A DNA stretch of 47,224 nt from sequence record NC_049953.1, one strand, 5' to 3'. Both the position numbers and the translations under genes were made by a program. This stretch comes from Escherichia phage ev099. Shown here one piece after another: positions 44,812 to 47,224 of the stretch (position 1 is its first letter; each line of letters begins with the position of its first letter). The notes under the pieces are model-generated. The model had not been told where the DNA came from, did not search any database, and saw only the letters and a program-made list of their open reading frames with translations.

Positions 44812-45245
44812 ACAGAGTAACCGCGATTATCTCCGCTCTGGTTATCTGCATCATCGTCTGCCTGTCATGGGCTGTTAATCATTACCGTGATAACGCCATG
44901 ACCTACAAAGAACAGCGCGACAAAGCCACATCCATCATCGCTGACATGCAGAAGCGTCAACGTGACGTAGCAGAACTCGATGCCAGATATACAAAGGAGC
45001 TTGCTGATGCTAACGCGACTATCGAAAGTCTCCGTGATGATGTTTCTGCTGGGCGTAAGCGGCTGCAAGTCGCCGCCTCCTGTGCAAAGTCAAAGACCGG
45101 AGCCAGCAGCATGGGCGATGGAGAAAGCCCAAGACTTACAGCAGATGCTGAACTCAATTATTACCGTCTCCGAAGTGGAATCGACAGGATAACCGCGCAG
45201 GTTAACTACCTGCAGGAGTACATCAGGACGCAATGTCTGAAATAA
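44808..45245 (+). CDS. Rz: Rz inner-membrane spanin
   Basis: [30 protein letters not shown]... N-terminal TM then coiled coil. Confidence 0.88.
   Translation: MNRVTAIISALVICIIVCLSWAVNHYRDNAMTYKEQRDKATSIIADMQKRQRDVAELDARYTKELADANATIESLRDDVSAGRKRLQVAASCAKSKTGASSMGDGESPRLTADAELNYYRLRSGIDRITAQVNYLQEYIRTQCLK
45007..45192 (+). CDS. Rz1: Rz1 outer-membrane lipoprotein spanin embedded in +1 frame of Rz
   Basis: [20 protein letters not shown] lipobox followed by Pro-rich sequence; start codon choice uncertain. Confidence 0.7.
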   Translation: MLTRLSKVSVMMFLLGVSGCKSPPPVQSQRPEPAAWAMEKAQDLQQMLNSIITVSEVESTG

Positions 45246-45276
45246 TTTTTTTGCAAATCACAAAGTCCATTTAATG

Positions 45277-45334
45277 AGCCTCGCGATGCGGGGCTTTTTT
45301 GCAATAAATGCGTACCGCAACGCATGTTTTTTTT
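45277..45334 (+). terminator. tandem rho-independent terminators after the lysis cassette
   Basis: agcctcgc-gat-gcggggct + tttttt, then atgcg-taccgcaa-cgcat + tttttttt. Confidence 0.8.
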
Positions 45335-45449
45335 ACACCGAACCTGCCCCTTTGGAATGGGCCTTTGAGGATACCAGTTAGTGCTGGCGAGCCTCGGTGG
45401 GCTGGTTTCCTGTGCGGCAAAGGTTCATTTCAAATGGTAGGTAAACGTT

Positions 45450-45971
45450 ATGAATATCGTGCCACTTAATTACAAAGGTGAAATTGTCAGTTTCAACACT
45501 GATGGTTGGATCAACGTCACAGGTGTTGCTGAGAGATTTGGGAAACGCATTGATAACTGGATGCGTTTGGCAGAAACGCTTGAATACGTTCGTGCTTTAG
45601 ACGAAGCGTTGACCGGGAAAGAATCTCAAATTTTACATCCCTCACAATCGAGGTATGTAAAAACCAGCAAGGCACGAAAGGACAGGGGTGGTGGTACGTG
45701 GCTACATCCAAAACTTTCAGTTGCATTTGCCCGTTGGTGTGATGCTCGTTTTGCTGTGTGGTGCGACCTGCACATTGATAGTCTGCTTCGCGGTGAACTG
45801 ACTGAGCAGCAGAAATATGAGCAAGCATGTCGCATTCGCGATGACCGGAAATCAAAAGCCAGCAATGGGGCAAGAGAGATGGCTCGCTGGCGATGGGATA
45901 AGCCGGTTATTGAAGCAAATGTTGAGTACTGGCGCGAGCAACTGCAGTTGACTCTCGATATCGCGTGCTGA
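45450..45971 (+). CDS. KilA-N domain protein (at the position of lambda bor)
   Basis: 173 aa; N-terminal IVSFNTDGWINVTGVAERFGKRIDNWMRL...WLHPKLSVAFARWCDARFAVWCD resembles KilA-N/APSES fold. Confidence 0.7.
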   Translation: MNIVPLNYKGEIVSFNTDGWINVTGVAERFGKRIDNWMRLAETLEYVRALDEALTGKESQILHPSQSRYVKTSKARKDRGGGTWLHPKLSVAFARWCDARFAVWCDLHIDSLLRGELTEQQKYEQACRIRDDRKSKASNGAREMARWRWDKPVIEANVEYWREQLQLTLDIAC

Positions 45972-46110
45972 TGGCAAACGCAAAACTGCGTTATCGAAAA
46001 AATCAAAGCATTACTAGAACTGAGCAACGGCTATCCATTACAAAGCCCATCTACGGGTGGGCTTGATAATGGCTTATACCCTGCACGGGATAACTTAACT
46101 GATATCCCTT

Positions 46111-46275
46111 TTAACGGATAAAGGCATTCAAACCTGACACATCATGCGCTGTATCGTCGCCGTATTCCCGTATTAACAGAGACCGTAGCCCGACGGGGAA
46201 CTCCTTCTGCGCGAGTGTGCGGGAATAATCAAAAACGATGCACACCGGGGTTACCGGGTACACATATTTCATCAT
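46111..46275 (-). CDS. possible small ORF (54 aa)
   Basis: MMKYVYPVTPVCIVFDYSRTLAQKEFPVGLRSLLIREYGDDTAHDVSGLNAFIR; below ORF-track cutoff, no RBS verified. Confidence 0.25.
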   Translation of the reverse strand: MMKYVYPVTPVCIVFDYSRTLAQKEFPVGLRSLLIREYGDDTAHDVSGLNAFIR

Positions 46276-46320
46276 GCCAGCGAGTCCGGTTCTGGCACGG
46301 AAGAAACCGGACGTTATGAT

Positions 46321-46731
46321 TTAGTGCGGAAATATTTGTGTAGTGTTCTGAATGTTCTCAGTAAAGAGTAATGAATTATCAAAGGTATAGTAATACCTTT
46401 TGTTTTCGTGGATATTTGTAATCCATCTGAAAACCCCTGCTGTAGCAAGATTTTTCCTGTATTCGTAAAATGATAACTCTCCTGATTTGAATCCTTTTAA
46501 GGTGGCTTCTATAAGGCATTTATTTTTTGAAAATCTTACATTTACAACCTTACCCTGTCCTTTTATTAAAACCGTATTATCGTTTTCAAGAACAAGATGA
46601 ATATTCTCTGTAGCTAAATAGTAAATGTAATGTGAGACATTGTGACGTTTTAGTTCAGAATAAAACCAGTGATAGTTTAAATTATTTCGCACTTTATCGA
46701 ATATTTGTTTAAAAATGGCAACCTGAGCCAT
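46321..46731 (-). CDS. hypothetical protein (YbcV-like, DLP12/lambda right-arm family)
   Basis: 136 aa from [31 protein letters not shown]... Confidence 0.6.
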   Translation of the reverse strand: MAQVAIFKQIFDKVRNNLNYHWFYSELKRHNVSHYIYYLATENIHLVLENDNTVLIKGQGKVVNVRFSKNKCLIEATLKGFKSGELSFYEYRKNLATAGVFRWITNIHENKRYYYTFDNSLLFTENIQNTTQIFPH

Positions 46732-46787
46732 TGTAGTACCTTCCATGTGATATGAGGGGCGTAGTCTGCACGATTATCTAAATTGCT

Positions 46788-47021
46788 TCAATCTGGTCTG
46801 ATCTGTTTTCTGAGCAATTCAGTAATGTCACTCTTTTCTTTGTTTGCTTCAGGAGAAACTCTTTTTTCTGAGCACAGTCTCCGGCGGCAGGCTTCAATGA
46901 CCCAGGCTGAGAAATTCCCGGACCCTTTTTGATCAAGAGCGATGTTAATTTGTTCAATCATTTGGTTAGGAAAGCGGATGTTGCGGATTGTTGTTCTGCG
47001 GGTTCTGTTCTTCGTTGACAT
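46788..47021 (-). CDS. ribbon-helix-helix (Arc/Mnt/CopG-like) DNA-binding protein
   Basis: 77 aa; NIRFPNQMIEQINIALDQKGSGNFSAWVIEACRRRL fits the RHH beta-strand/helix pattern. Confidence 0.55.
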   Translation of the reverse strand: MSTKNRTRRTTIRNIRFPNQMIEQINIALDQKGSGNFSAWVIEACRRRLCSEKRVSPEANKEKSDITELLRKQIRPD

Positions 47022-47164
47022 GAGGTTGTCCCGTATTTAGTGTCGCTGATTTGTATTGTCTGAAGTTGTTTTTACGTTAAGTTGATGCAGATCAATTAAT
47101 ATGATACCTGCGTCATAATTGATTATTTGACGTGGTTTGATGGCGTAGATGCACGTTGTGACAT

Positions 47165-47224
47165 GCAGATGATAATTATTATCATTTTGCGGGTCCTTTC
47201 CGGCGATCCGACAGGTTACGGGGC
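47165..47224 (+). other. cos: right cos region (cosQ side and right half of cosN; window ends 4 nt into the 12-nt cohesive end)
   Basis: ...gggtcctttccggcgatccgacaggttacg followed by gggc matches lambda right end plus first bases of left cohesive end. Confidence 0.8.

Overview
This window is a near-complete lambdoid temperate phage genome (about 47.2 kb, left cos region to right cos region) with an untrimmed Illumina Nextera adapter at bases 1-33. The backbone is recognisably phage lambda: nu1-A-W-B-C/nu3-D-E-FI-FII-Z-U-V-G/T-H-M-L-K-I-J, lom, stf/tfa, attP-int-xis, ea22, exo-bet-gam-kil-cIII-ea10, N, pL/OL, cI, OR, cro, cII, O (with ori iterons), P, ren and ninB, all in lambda order. All comparisons to lambda are from memory, not from an alignment. 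Several lambda modules are replaced by non-lambda DNA: (1) the rexA/rexB slot between cI and pL holds a single NYN/PIN-like nuclease gene with its own terminators, the strongest candidate for an undescribed exclusion/defence function; (2) the ral/sieB slot holds an unrecognised 164-aa zinc-ribbon protein; (3) ea8.5 is replaced by a secreted DUF1311/LprI-like protein moron; (4) the b region is replaced by an AT-rich block, a tRNA-Ser 3' fragment, an AraC/XylS-family regulator and nested IS remnants; (5) the side tail fiber gene is about 1.1 kb longer than in lambda and is split by one in-frame TGA; (6) J is 33 codons longer with a divergent C-terminus; (7) the nin/Q/lysis arm is phage 82/21/DLP12-like (Dam methylase, RusA, Q82-type antiterminator, intact porin gene, pinholin plus SAR endolysin); (8) bor is replaced by a KilA-N protein. 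No CRISPR array, rRNA or complete tRNA gene was seen.
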